From Candidatus Thalassarchaeum betae (GTDB lineage Archaea; Thermoplasmatota; Poseidoniia; Poseidoniales; Thalassarchaeaceae): a DNA stretch of 64,000 bases. The notes below the pieces were generated by a model. That model was not told where the DNA came from and did no database searches. It saw only the letters and a program-made list of their open reading frames with translations. Both the position numbers and the translations under genes were made by a program. Shown here piece by piece: positions 19,832-29,529 of the stretch (the first letter of the stretch is position 1; every line of letters begins with the position of its first letter). Where the stretch lies: NCBI GenBank assembly GCA_022447095.1, contig JAKUUP010000002.1, positions 16,841 through 80,840 of the forward strand, read 5' to 3'.

Positions 19832-20002
19832 ATGAGTGGGAGATTCCTGCGTGTGAACTGCCGTGACTGTGGTCACGAAGCAATCATCTTTGACAGGGCG
19901 TCGACCTTGATCGCCTGCTCCATCTGCGGTGCGACACTAGCTCGCCCAGTCGGAGGCAAGGCGGATTTGTCCGGAAGCACAATTGAAGACGTCCTCAAGT
20001 GA
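19832..20002 (+). CDS. rps27e: 30S ribosomal protein S27e
   Basis: Below the ORF-track cutoff; hand translation MSGRFLRVNCRDCGHEAIIFDRASTLIACSICGATLARPVGGKA...; GAGG RBS upstream. Confidence 0.94.
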   Translation: MSGRFLRVNCRDCGHEAIIFDRASTLIACSICGATLARPVGGKADLSGSTIEDVLK

Positions 20003-20015
20003 AGGGGACGTTACC

Positions 20016-20801
20016 ATGGACGGCGCAGACGACTGGCCCGAGGAGGGTGAGTTGCTCATCTGCACAGTCAAGGACGTCCGCGAAAACGGAGCTTACCTCA
20101 ACCTCGACGGATATGGCGAACGTTCCGGCTTCGTCTTCATCGGGGAAGTGGCTGCCGGCTGGGTCAAGAACATCAGATCACACCTCAGAGTGGGTCAGCG
20201 GGTCGTGGCCAAGGTAATTCAAATCAAGAAGGACAGGCAGAGAGTCGAACTCTCCATCAAGTCCGTCTCCGATGAGCGCAGGAGGGACACTCTGCAGGCT
20301 TGGAAGAACAAGCAGCGTGCAGGGCAGATCATGCGCGTCGTAGCCGGGCGAGTCGGGTGGGACGAGGAAAAGACGAGCGCTGTATGCGACGAGATGGAGG
20401 AGATCTTCGGTACGCTGTATGGTGCGCTTGAGGAGTGCACCCTCAGCGAGGATGCTCTGTCCGATGCCGGCTTCACTGGCGATTGGATGAGCGTTGTCAT
20501 CGAGTTGGCCGTCGAGAACATTGTCCCCCCGTTCGTAGAGATCCGTGGCGAGTTCGACATTCAGGTCTGGGGGCCCGAGGGAGTCTATGCGATTCGCGAG
20601 GCCCTGCTCGCTGCCGAGGCCTGCGCAGTAGGTCTCGAGGAGGTTACACTGACGTGTCACTACGACGGGGCTCCGCACTACCGAGTGGATATCCACGCCC
20701 CTGACTATCAGGCAGCCGAGTCTGTCTGGGAGGCGGCGCAGAAAGCGGCTTCGGATATCGTGTCCTCGGTCGATGGTTCAATCAGCGCTGAACGCGTCTG
20801 A
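20016..20801 (+). CDS. eif2a: Translation initiation factor aIF2 alpha subunit
   Basis: WPEEGELLICTV S1 domain, GWVKNIR, GAPHYRV; conserved L44e-S27e-aIF2a-Nop10-PAC2 gene order. Confidence 0.93.
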   Translation: MDGADDWPEEGELLICTVKDVRENGAYLNLDGYGERSGFVFIGEVAAGWVKNIRSHLRVGQRVVAKVIQIKKDRQRVELSIKSVSDERRRDTLQAWKNKQRAGQIMRVVAGRVGWDEEKTSAVCDEMEEIFGTLYGALEECTLSEDALSDAGFTGDWMSVVIELAVENIVPPFVEIRGEFDIQVWGPEGVYAIREALLAAEACAVGLEEVTLTCHYDGAPHYRVDIHAPDYQAAESVWEAAQKAASDIVSSVDGSISAERV

Positions 20802-20864
20802 GTGAGCAGTTCGAGGCACAGACTTCATTGACCCTTCCAAATCGAAGCGGGCTTAGGGGATAGG

Positions 20865-21086
20865 ATGGTTCGCACCAAGCTTCAGCGCTGCACCTCCTGT
20901 GGCGAGCACGGTCTAGGGGCCAGATGCAAGGAGTGCGGTGCAGCCATGGTCGCCGTCTCGCCAATGAAGTTCTCACCAGAAGACCCGCAGGGAGCCAGGC
21001 GCAGGAAGAGGCTCGATGTGGGCAGCAAGGAGTGGCTGGAGTCGCTTCCTACCCCGCGCGAGGAAAACGGGGGCGAGGAGGAGTGA
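20865..21086 (+). CDS. nop10: H/ACA RNP protein Nop10
   Basis: CTSC..C.ECG, PMKFSPEDP.G..RR; synteny. Confidence 0.88.
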   Translation: MVRTKLQRCTSCGEHGLGARCKECGAAMVAVSPMKFSPEDPQGARRRKRLDVGSKEWLESLPTPREENGGEEE

Positions 21087-21847
21087 ATCGCACCAAGATA
21101 CACTGGCTGGTAGGAGATGGGCTGCCCGAGCACGTCGCGATGATTGAGGCGGTACCCGGGGTCGGCAACGTCGGTAAGTTGATCGTTGACTCGCTGATCG
21201 AGAAGCATCCCTCTCGCAGCATCGGATGGATTTTGAATCCGGACTTTCCTCCTCACTCGACTCTGGATGAGAATGGCCTAGTCGCGCCACCTCGAATCAA
21301 CATCAACTCCGTGATGCTACCCGATGGCAGTACCGTGATCACGATCGGCGGGTCGCTACAGCCCATGACTGCCGTGGGTCAACACGAGATCGCAGAGAGC
21401 ATCCTCGCGCTCGCGGCAGAATCGAATACACCTCGACTACTGGTACTAGCCGGCCTCGCTGCAGGAACCGATGACAAGGGCATCCACGTCATCTGCGCCG
21501 ACCCCAAAGTCAGAAAGGAGATGGAGGCTGACGACATCCCCGTTAGCCGGGAGCATCCAGAGGCTGGTATGATAGGCGTCGCCGGCCTTATTCTAGCGCT
21601 CTCTCCTCTCCATGGAGTGTCCGCCATAGGACTCGTCGCAGAGACACTCGGTGCCAGTACAGATGTGCTCGCCGCAGACCGGCTGGCATCTTGGATCGAA
21701 GCCGGACTCGACCTGCCTCTGAGTCTCGATCTGGATTCCACCGAGGAGACTGCGAGGAAGTTAATGGCAACCATGGAAGTCAGCGGCTCCATCGAAGAAA
21801 CCCTGGGGGCGGAAGAGTCGGAAGGTTCCAGCGACTTCTACGTCTGA
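21083..21847 (+). CDS. PAC2-family proteasome assembly chaperone-like protein
   Basis: EAVPGVGNVGKL, DFPP, G.IGVAGL; synteny; GTG start overlaps the nop10 stop. Confidence 0.85.
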   Translation: MNRTKIHWLVGDGLPEHVAMIEAVPGVGNVGKLIVDSLIEKHPSRSIGWILNPDFPPHSTLDENGLVAPPRININSVMLPDGSTVITIGGSLQPMTAVGQHEIAESILALAAESNTPRLLVLAGLAAGTDDKGIHVICADPKVRKEMEADDIPVSREHPEAGMIGVAGLILALSPLHGVSAIGLVAETLGASTDVLAADRLASWIEAGLDLPLSLDLDSTEETARKLMATMEVSGSIEETLGAEESEGSSDFYV

Positions 21848-21911
21848 ATCCACGATGACAGTACTCTAAGTAATGGAATTATATTTTACGTTCCTCGACT
21901 ACCGGTTGGAT

Positions 21912-23636
21912 ATGCGAAGCCTGAGTTATCTCGTCGTGCTGCTCCTTCTCTCCGGCTCTCTGGCCGGTTGCACATCGTCCCCGTATGACACCGAAACCGC
22001 GCCCGGATGCACCTATCCGGATGCGCTCAATTTCAACGAGTCGGCCGTAACTGACGACGGCTCCTGCGAATACCCCGAACCGCCCGAGGAGACCCCAGGG
22101 TGCACGTACGAGGGGGCCACCAACTACGACGAGGCGGCCACGGTCGACGACGGCTCCTGCGAATACCCTCCCGACCCAGTCCCGGGTTGCACGGATACTT
22201 CTGCCCTGAACTTCAATGCGACAGCCGACACCGATGATGGCTCCTGCAGGCACATCCAGCCCCATGTCCTGATGGTGCTTCTAGACGGCTGGAGGCCAGA
22301 TGTCATCGCTGCAGCACACACCCCGACCCTCGACATGATGATGCAAGACAGCGCCTACTCGATGGAAGCAAGGGTAGAGGACACGGCCATCAGCGGGTCG
22401 GGCCACTCCAGCTTCCTGACTGGTGTCCACAGGGACAAGCACAACGTGCATGGCAACAGCTTCGGTGATGCGAACTATCAGGAATACCCCTACTGGTTCA
22501 ACCTCCTGAAATACGAACGACCGGAGATGCACACGGCAGCGTACCACAACTGGCTCCCGATGGCCAATACTGCTCTCGATTTCTCGGTGTGCGGGTACTG
22601 TGTGGATATGTACGTCACGGGGAGCGACAATTCGATCGCAACACAACTCGCCACTGACCTTGCTAACCAGCAGATGGACGCGGTGACGATAGTCATCGAC
22701 GCCCCGGACGCAGCAGGACATGGCTACGGCTTCCATCCTTCGATTCCCCAGTATGTCGCTGCCATGAACCAAAGTGATGCATGGCTTGGCATGATAATGG
22801 ATGCGATATTCGCTCGGACCAACTACGCCGAGGAGGACTGGATGGTGATCATCTCCTCAGATCACGCTGGTTCCGGATATGGTCATGGGTACAACATCCC
22901 CGAGCATCGAAAGGTCCCGTTGATCATCTGGGGTGCCGAGTCCCTAGGCCCAATTTGGCCAGCCCCCGACTCGGTTGACATCGTGCCCACGGCACTGCAC
23001 CACCTGGGGGTGGAGGTGAGGGCCGAGTGGGGTCTGGACGGACGAGCGGTCAGCTTTGAGCCGACAGGGCCGCCGGATGCCGAACTTGGGGTCAATCTGG
23101 TATTCAACGGAGATGCGGAGCTAGAGCGTGGCTACTGGCCGAGTGACCAAGATGCGTCAATCCCGGGATGGACGGACAACGGCACACTCACCACTTGGAT
23201 ATACGGTGCACCGACATACATACTGATGGATGATCCAGGGCCTTCCGATAGGGGATTGAACTACTTCGGCGGTGGATCCGGTGGCGACTCATCTATGCAC
23301 CAAGACATCGACCTGAGTGCGATCCAATCCGACATTCAGAGCAGGAGTATCACCTATTCCCTGACAGCCTTCATTGGTGGTTATTCAACCCAGGACGACT
23401 GTATGGAGATACTCGTAGAGTTCTTCGATTCCTCGGGAAACCTCCTCCTCTCGGGCGGAATCGGGCCCCTATACGCTGAAGACAGGAACAACACGACTGG
23501 AATATACCTCCGAGGAGAAATCGGCGAAGTCCCTCCGTCCTCGGCTTATGTGCGAGTCACCCTCAACGCCTACTTGTCTTACGGGTACAATGATGCGTAC
23601 GCTGACAACGTCTCACTGATCCTATCAACTCAATGA
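21912..23636 (+). CDS. Alkaline phosphatase/nucleotide pyrophosphatase-superfamily lipoprotein with GCT repeats and C-terminal beta-sandwich domain
   Basis: Lipobox LAGC; LDGWRPD, SGSGHSSFLTG, DAPDAAGH, SSDHAG, GHG; C-terminal NLVFNGDAE...YADNVSL. Confidence 0.82.
   Translation: MRSLSYLVVLLLLSGSLAGCTSSPYDTETAPGCTYPDALNFNESAVTDDGSCEYPEPPEETPGCTYEGATNYDEAATVDDGSCEYPPDPVPGCTDTSALNFNATADTDDGSCRHIQPHVLMVLLDGWRPDVIAAAHTPTLDMMMQDSAYSMEARVEDTAISGSGHSSFLTGVHRDKHNVHGNSFGDANYQEYPYWFNLLKYERPEMHTAAYHNWLPMANTALDFSVCGYCVDMYVTGSDNSIATQLATDLANQQMDAVTIVIDAPDAAGHGYGFHPSIPQYVAAMNQSDAWLGMIMDAIFARTNYAEEDWMVIISSDHAGSGYGHGYNIPEHRKVPLIIWGAESLGPIWPAPDSVDIVPTALHHLGVEVRAEWGLDGRAVSFEPTGPPDAELGVNLVFNGDAELERGYWPSDQDASIPGWTDNGTLTTWIYGAPTYILMDDPGPSDRGLNYFGGGSGGDSSMHQDIDLSAIQSDIQSRSITYSLTAFIGGYSTQDDCMEILVEFFDSSGNLLLSGGIGPLYAEDRNNTTGIYLRGEIGEVPPSSAYVRVTLNAYLSYGYNDAYADNVSLILSTQ
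22003..22250 (+). repeat. Three tandem ~30-aa intragenic repeats PGCT(Y/D)..A.N(F/Y)...A..DDGSC
   Basis: Seen in the protein and in DNA (gacgacggctcctgcgaataccc occurs twice, with a third variant). Confidence 0.9.
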
Positions 23637-23664
23637 TCGGGACCGGGGATCAAATCCTCGCGAG

Positions 23665-23865
23665 TCAACCGCCCGATGAAACCACGATGAGTTCCAACCG
23701 TAAGTCGGACTCGATACGAGAAGTGTGGGGAACTATCGTATCACCATGCACTGCAAGAACAGTAGATGATGGAATTCCAAGCCGCTCAAGCACCTCGGAG
23801 ATGGTGAGCGGGCCCTCCGACTCTACCGATAGGACCTCCCCGTCGTGCTCCACCTCGACCTCCAT
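23665..23865 (-). CDS. MoaD/ThiS/SAMP ubiquitin-like sulfur carrier
   Basis: 66 aa beta-grasp pattern with C-terminal VSSGG. Confidence 0.85.
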   Translation of the reverse strand: MEVEVEHDGEVLSVESEGPLTISEVLERLGIPSSTVLAVHGDTIVPHTSRIESDLRLELIVVSSGG

Positions 23866-23920
23866 GGGGCTGGGAGACCCTAGTCAGACTTATCTCTAAT
23901 TCGCAGGTGGCCGAAGCGCT

Positions 23921-24006
23921 GCCGAGATCGCATAGCCCGGTATTGCGGTGGATTCGAAATCCACTGTCCATTGGACGCGGGGGTTCAAATCCCTCTCTCG
24001 GCGCCA
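23921..24006 (+). tRNA. tRNA-Ser (CGA), long variable arm, CCA encoded
   Basis: GCCGAGA acceptor stem, GTGGA-TT-CGA-AA-TCCAC anticodon arm, variable arm GTCCA-T-TGGAC, GGTTCAAATCC T-arm, GCCA end. Confidence 0.96.
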
Positions 24007-24007
24007 T

Positions 24008-25849
24008 TCAGAAGTCGGGTACTTCCGATGCTTCGCGCAGGAGTACGAGTCGCCCGCCGGGGCCTATCCGGACCTGCGGCTGACCGTTGAACTCGCCGAT
24101 CTCGCCGTTGAGTATAGCTATCTCGTCGCCTCGCGAAACGCCCGCTGCAGCGATCGGGATGAACTGCTTGAACGCGACCACGCCTGCAGAGCCAGTCTGG
24201 TCAACGATGGTGATTGACCACCTCGTGACGCCGGCACCGTCAGGGAAGGCATTGATCGACCATACCCTGCCGATGGCGTTCACCTTGGTCTCGACGTCGA
24301 CGATGGGTGCCGAGTCGGAGTCTTCTGCTATCTCCACCGATGACTTGGCGTCGAGGTCGAGGACCACTTCGCCGCGCCAGACCGACGCCATCGCGTTGTC
24401 GATCCTGACTCGGCTGCCGTCGCGTATCGAGCGCGTCACATCCGTGGGGCTGCCGTAGCGTGACGGTTTGACCTTGGCGCGGTCGTAGCCCTCCTGCAGT
24501 GTGAACGAGAGGTCGACGGTGCCATCGGCAGCCAGATTCGGACCGCGGAGTCCCGAGACCTCTCCGACCACATTGACGCGGGTCACTATCTCGCCCAGAG
24601 GGGTCACCGGCCATCTGTGCCCGAAGCGGTCTATGCTGCGCTCCAGCGGCAGTTCGAGTTCGTGCTCGCTGCCCTCGCACACCCCTCTGAGATCACATCG
24701 GATGCATCGTGCTCTCGGGTCGGGGTCGACAGGCTTTGCAGAGGGTATGCCGCCTTCGTCAAAGTAGCGCAATGGGGCAGGCTCAGGGGGGCACTCGTCT
24801 ATCGATGGGTCGCGCGAGTGTATTTTCAGATAGAGTTCCGACAGCTCCTCAGTGAGGCCTTCCAACTCCTCCGCACTTGGCCGGGGGACGTCCTTGACCG
24901 TACCTGGTCCCAGATACCAGATCTCCAGCGCCTCGACTTCGTCGGCGTGACCGTGGGTCTCCCACCACAGCCAGCCGTAGAGGCGGAGTTGCTCTATGTA
25001 GCCACCTGAGCGGTCGCCCTTTCCTATCGAGGCCTTGAGGTCGATTATCCGGATCTTCCCGGTCCAGTCGTACACCATGTCGTATTCGCCTTGGAACCAC
25101 TCGTCGGGATGTGATGTGGTCAGTTTGAACTGCCCAGCATCCGGGTCGACGAACCACGGGCGTGCGACTTCCCAAGCCTCACACCATGTGATCTCTCCAG
25201 AATCGTGGGCGGCAGGATGGACCTCGTTCCAGACTCGCGGGAACCCGTCTGGGGCTGGCCAGTCGCCTCTCGAGCCGCCTTTGCGCCAATCGGCTAGGCC
25301 GGGCCCCCCGCCCGCCTCAATACACGCCTGCACCTGGTCGAGATGGAGCCGTAGGCCGGCTCTGGTCATCGCGAGTCCTTCATCGGGGTCTGCGGCGTCG
25401 GCCGAGCCGACTCGGTTGGGAATGGACTCCCAGTCGAGCACAGCAGCCTCCCAGCAGGCCTCAAAGTGGACATCGGCCCTCGCCATCGCCCACGCCTCGA
25501 GTGAAACGCGGTCAGTGGGCCACTCGTCCTCGGACAGTTCGACCAGTGTCGGAGCGGGCCATGCCAACGGGTTGTCGTAGGCTGGCGAGCCGTCTTCCAT
25601 CAAGGGGGAGGTCATCTCATCGGCGGCATCGGCGGCGACCAGCACGGGGGTGTCCCTGAGCACTCGGCAGATGCACTCCTCTACTGCGTTGCCACGTATG
25701 ATCTGCGGAGGGAGGGTGCCCTTCAGGCGCTCCATGTAGGTGTAGTACCAGAGTCTGTTGCAGGACTTCCAGAGGATGACCTGGGAGGCGGAAAGCCTGC
25801 GGTAGGGGTTCACCCCCGCACTCTCAGGATCGCCTCTTCTGACCGGCAC
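24008..25849 (-). CDS. PD-(D/E)XK nuclease (AddB/Cas4-like, 4-Cys) fused to two C-terminal OB folds
   Basis: RLSASQ...C, G...E, GEYD....IIDLK, QLRLY, C..C.....C; C-terminal VNAIGRV...ITIVDQTG...V.F...GDEIAI.NG....NG...V.I OB pattern. Confidence 0.8.
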   Translation of the reverse strand: MPVRRGDPESAGVNPYRRLSASQVILWKSCNRLWYYTYMERLKGTLPPQIIRGNAVEECICRVLRDTPVLVAADAADEMTSPLMEDGSPAYDNPLAWPAPTLVELSEDEWPTDRVSLEAWAMARADVHFEACWEAAVLDWESIPNRVGSADAADPDEGLAMTRAGLRLHLDQVQACIEAGGGPGLADWRKGGSRGDWPAPDGFPRVWNEVHPAAHDSGEITWCEAWEVARPWFVDPDAGQFKLTTSHPDEWFQGEYDMVYDWTGKIRIIDLKASIGKGDRSGGYIEQLRLYGWLWWETHGHADEVEALEIWYLGPGTVKDVPRPSAEELEGLTEELSELYLKIHSRDPSIDECPPEPAPLRYFDEGGIPSAKPVDPDPRARCIRCDLRGVCEGSEHELELPLERSIDRFGHRWPVTPLGEIVTRVNVVGEVSGLRGPNLAADGTVDLSFTLQEGYDRAKVKPSRYGSPTDVTRSIRDGSRVRIDNAMASVWRGEVVLDLDAKSSVEIAEDSDSAPIVDVETKVNAIGRVWSINAFPDGAGVTRWSITIVDQTGSAGVVAFKQFIPIAAAGVSRGDEIAILNGEIGEFNGQPQVRIGPGGRLVLLREASEVPDF

Positions 25850-25897
25850 GGAGAGGTAACGAAAGTCGAGGCTCTATGAACCCAACGAGAATGTTCC

Positions 25898-27043
25898 TTA
25901 CACGCCCTTCTCGTTCAGCCACACGACAGTGACTTCCATCCTCTCGAATGTAGGTGTCACCTCAATCATCGCCACCGGCGCATCGATGTCTTCTGCAATA
26001 GTCTCCGCTACCACTAGGGGAATCTCGATTCGTCCGTTCTCGGCATCCCAGAGCATGAATCTACGCGGCAGGTCGGTCTGCTCGGTAATCTCATCGATCC
26101 AAGCGGCCTGATCCGCCTCAGAGGAGTAGATTGCCCCAAACATCAGAGTCGCGTCCTCTGTCAGCGTCTCGTGCGGGGCGATGGTCGCCTCCCCCCTCCT
26201 GAGGAATCGTCGGCGAAGCTGTCCGGCGTCCTTGTAGACGGCGGTGCAGAACTTGAGGTGGTACCCGTATGGTTCGCGCGTTCGGCCGTCTAGAGGGTCA
26301 TCCTCGCCACGCTCTGCGGCCATGGTCCTGTCACGCATCGCCAAAGCCAGTTCTGCGGAACCGGCGGCACCGGCGGTGATCTCGGTAGAGAGGTTGAATC
26401 CTCGCAACTCCATGTTGTCGATGTTGCCGACGGTGATCTCGAGCTCGTTCAGATTGAGGAACGAGATGTCGAAGTCGCGGAGCGTCTCGAGCAATTCGAA
26501 CAGTTCTGACTCCTTGTCCGGTTCGCATGGAAGCTCGACTCCGGTGAATATTCCCGCAGCCGAGCAGGCTGTGATGGTCTCGCGGTACTGTTCCGCTTCG
26601 AGGTCTAGGAAGTGGAAGCGGATCTCGTCGAGTCCTGCCTCGGCGAACTCGTAGGCCAACTCGGGTCGGAACGGGATGCTAGTGTACATGTGCAAGTGGA
26701 ATCCAGTGCCGAACTCGGCCTTCAGCCTCCTGATCCCCTCCAGAGTGCGCTCGCGGGCCATCAGCGGGTCGCCGCCGGTGATTCCGGCACCCGTTGCGCG
26801 CATCGCCCGAGCCTCCTCGATGACCTCGTCGAAGTCATCGCATTGGCGCTCGTTGGCGAACATGTGGTCGATGTCGCGGCGTGTCTCAGACAGAGGACAG
26901 TAGTCGCATCGCCAATGGCAGTTCCCGGTGACGAAAAGCACCAACTTGCTGCCCATCTGGCACTGGATACAGCCTTCGGCGTCGGCCTCCTCTGGTGGTT
27001 CGTGCAGGTCGGGGGCCTGCGGTAACCTGAGGCTGGTGCTCAT
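25898..27043 (-). CDS. Uncharacterised archaeal radical SAM protein (COG2108-like)
   Basis: GC..C..G.KLVLFVTG.CHWRCDYCPLS, GITGGDPL, HLHMYT, GLDEIRFH, NLNELE. Confidence 0.85.
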   Translation of the reverse strand: MSTSLRLPQAPDLHEPPEEADAEGCIQCQMGSKLVLFVTGNCHWRCDYCPLSETRRDIDHMFANERQCDDFDEVIEEARAMRATGAGITGGDPLMARERTLEGIRRLKAEFGTGFHLHMYTSIPFRPELAYEFAEAGLDEIRFHFLDLEAEQYRETITACSAAGIFTGVELPCEPDKESELFELLETLRDFDISFLNLNELEITVGNIDNMELRGFNLSTEITAGAAGSAELALAMRDRTMAAERGEDDPLDGRTREPYGYHLKFCTAVYKDAGQLRRRFLRRGEATIAPHETLTEDATLMFGAIYSSEADQAAWIDEITEQTDLPRRFMLWDAENGRIEIPLVVAETIAEDIDAPVAMIEVTPTFERMEVTVVWLNEKGV

Positions 27044-27645
27044 GCTCTGCTCCTCGCCGCTGCCGTCTCCAGCAGCCAGCGGTGGAAGCCGATGTCGGCC
27101 GACAGTTCAGGATGGAATGTCAGGGCGAGTCTGTTCCCAGTCCTGATTCCAACAATCTCGTCTCCGTTGCGCGCGGACACCTCAGAGGTCTCGCCGTGTG
27201 CTGCGAACCTCGGAGCCCGGATGAACACGCCCGGGAAGTCGCGCCCGAGCAATGAGGTCTTGAGGGTGGCCTGGAACGAGTCGGCCTGGCTGCCGTACGC
27301 GTTGCGGTCGATATCAGCATCGACCAGAGGCGCGCCGCCGTCCTGCGGGTCGGCTAGGAGTATCGCACCCGCACAGGTCCCCAAGACCGGTCGAGAGTCG
27401 TCAGAGCGTATCCACTCAAAGAGAGCCGGGAGGAGCTGTGATGCCGCGTCGTTTCCGGTGAGTCGCATCGTGGTGGACTCCCCTCCGGGCATTACGATGG
27501 CGTGAGGGTCTGCGGCGGCTAGATCAGATGCCTTGCGCAGCTCGTGTATCTCGACTTCGATTCCGGACTCATCAGCCGCTCTGCGCAGCGCAGCGATGTG
27601 GACGTGTCGAGCCCCCTGCAGCATGACTAGGCCTATGCGAAGCAC
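27040..27645 (-). CDS. pdxT: Pyridoxal 5'-phosphate synthase glutaminase subunit
   Basis: LQG, MPGGESTT, GTCAGAILLA, RNAYGSQ.DSF, FIRAP, FHPEL; start taken at GTG 27645. Confidence 0.92.
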   Translation of the reverse strand: MLRIGLVMLQGARHVHIAALRRAADESGIEVEIHELRKASDLAAADPHAIVMPGGESTTMRLTGNDAASQLLPALFEWIRSDDSRPVLGTCAGAILLADPQDGGAPLVDADIDRNAYGSQADSFQATLKTSLLGRDFPGVFIRAPRFAAHGETSEVSARNGDEIVGIRTGNRLALTFHPELSADIGFHRWLLETAAARSRA

Positions 27646-27726
27646 GTCTACCCGTCCGGCCACCCGAAAATGAACCCTGTCGTGGCCTCCGATGGGCTGA
27701 AAGACCCGAAGCGGACGCGACGGAAC

Positions 27727-28818
27727 GTGGAACCAACTGGTCGCATCCACAACTTCGGCGCTGGACCTGCTGTCCTGCCGCTTGAAGTGGTCGAGGAAGT
27801 GGCGGCCACTCTGCCCAACCTGCTCAACAGTGGTTTCGGCCTACTGGAGGTCTCACACCGAAGCCCCACCTTCCAGAGCGTCATCGACTCTGCTGTGGAA
27901 CGGATCAGAGGGGTTCTTTCAGTACCCGACGACTACGAAGTGCTGTTCCTCCAAGGAGGTGCTTCGACCCAGTTCTACATGACTGCACTGAACCTGCTCT
28001 CCGAGGGTGAGAAGGCTGACTTCCTAGTAACAGGGGACTGGTCGAAGAAAGCGCTCAAGGAGGCTGGTCGAGTCGGAGATACAGCAGCAGCATGGGACGA
28101 TTCTACCAATGGTTTCAGGTCGGTCCCCCAAGATGGCGACTACACCATCCGTGAAGATGCTGCATACGTCCACTACACTTCGAACAACACCCTCTACGGG
28201 ACTCAGTACCACCATCTGCCGGAATGCGGAGGCAAACCGAGGGTCGTCGATGCCAGCTCTGACATCTGCGGCGTACCGATAGACGTGGCAGCGCACGATG
28301 TGATCTATGCGGGTGCGCAAAAGAATCTCGGGCCGAGCGGCGTGACTCTCGTCATCCTCTCACCGTGGGCGATGTCAAGGGCCAAGGAAGGGATTCCGAC
28401 CATGCTCGACTACAACACCCACATCTCCAAAGGCTCCATGTTCAACACCCCCAATACATTCGGAATCTACGTACTCGACCGAGTCTTCGCCTGGGTCGAG
28501 AGGAACGGCGGCCTAGATGGCGCAATCGAGCGCAATCGAGCCAAGGCCGCTCTTCTTTACGGCGAACTGGACCGAAGCGACTTCTGGAGGCCGCACGCCC
28601 GTGGGGGCTCGCGCTCGGTGATGAACGTCACTTGGCGGCTTTCCGATGAGGGGCTCGAGAAATTGTTCCTAGATGAGGCGGGCGCTGCCGGCATGGGCGG
28701 CCTCAAGGGCCATCGCAGCGTCGGAGGCATCCGCGCCAGCATGTACAATGGATGTCCGATGGAGAGTGTCAGGGCGCTCGTCGGATTCATGCGCGACTTC
28801 GAGTCACGACACGGTTGA
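27727..28818 (+). CDS. serC: Phosphoserine aminotransferase (bacterial type)
   Basis: NFGAGPAVLP, SHRS, FLQGGA, YAGAQKNLGP.G, SMFNTP, GHRSVGGIRASMYN. Confidence 0.95.
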   Translation: MEPTGRIHNFGAGPAVLPLEVVEEVAATLPNLLNSGFGLLEVSHRSPTFQSVIDSAVERIRGVLSVPDDYEVLFLQGGASTQFYMTALNLLSEGEKADFLVTGDWSKKALKEAGRVGDTAAAWDDSTNGFRSVPQDGDYTIREDAAYVHYTSNNTLYGTQYHHLPECGGKPRVVDASSDICGVPIDVAAHDVIYAGAQKNLGPSGVTLVILSPWAMSRAKEGIPTMLDYNTHISKGSMFNTPNTFGIYVLDRVFAWVERNGGLDGAIERNRAKAALLYGELDRSDFWRPHARGGSRSVMNVTWRLSDEGLEKLFLDEAGAAGMGGLKGHRSVGGIRASMYNGCPMESVRALVGFMRDFESRHG

Positions 28819-28826
28819 GTGGTTGG

Positions 28827-29528
28827 ATGGATGCGCGGAGCGTGCTCGACCTGCTCGACTTGACCTTGCTCGATCATGATGCCAGCGAGGTCGACCTCGA
28901 TGCGCTGTGCCAGAAGGCAAACACCCACCGCCCGGCCGCAGTGTGCGTGTTCTCTGAGCACGTAGCTTATGTCAGGAGTCACCTGGAAGATGGTATCGCA
29001 CTGGCGGCTGTAGCAGGGGGATTTCCTGTAGGTGATGGCGATCCAAGTGCCGTATCGGAGTCGATTCGAGTTGCGGTCAAAGCGGGTGCGGATGAGATCG
29101 ACTGTGTCCTAGAGCCGCGCGAGGGAGAGGACTTTCCCAGCGAGTCTGAGCTCGCTATACTGCTCGCCATGCGCGAGGCATCGGCCGGTTGCACGTTGAA
29201 GGTCATCATCGAGACTCCACTGCTCGGAGAGAGGAGCATGCGCGCAGTGGCTCGGATGGCACTTGCAGCAGGCGCTGAGTTCGTCAAGAGCTGTACCGGC
29301 AAGAGAGGAGGGTGCAGCGATGAGGCGGCTGGAATCCTCGCGTTCGAAGTGATGAGGCATGGCGTGACGATGGGGGATAGGCGTGGGGTCAAGTTGTCAG
29401 GCGGAATTGCGACTAAGAGCGATGTTGAGAGACTGCTCGGTGTCTTACATTCTGAGGACCCCACCATCGAGGGCCCTACGAGGCTGAGAATCGGTGCCTC
29501 GACCTTGCTCGATGACTTAGTGGATTGA
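28827..29528 (+). CDS. deoC: Deoxyribose-phosphate aldolase
   Basis: DLTLL, AAVCV, GFP.G, GADEIDCV, LKVIIET, FVKSCTG, GVKLSGGI, RIGAS. Confidence 0.9.
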   Translation: MDARSVLDLLDLTLLDHDASEVDLDALCQKANTHRPAAVCVFSEHVAYVRSHLEDGIALAAVAGGFPVGDGDPSAVSESIRVAVKAGADEIDCVLEPREGEDFPSESELAILLAMREASAGCTLKVIIETPLLGERSMRAVARMALAAGAEFVKSCTGKRGGCSDEAAGILAFEVMRHGVTMGDRRGVKLSGGIATKSDVERLLGVLHSEDPTIEGPTRLRIGASTLLDDLVD

Positions 29529-29529
29529 G

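Noticed and set aside
24008-25849. CRISPR-associated Cas4
   Set aside because: No array or other cas genes; the protein is far longer than Cas4 and fused to OB folds
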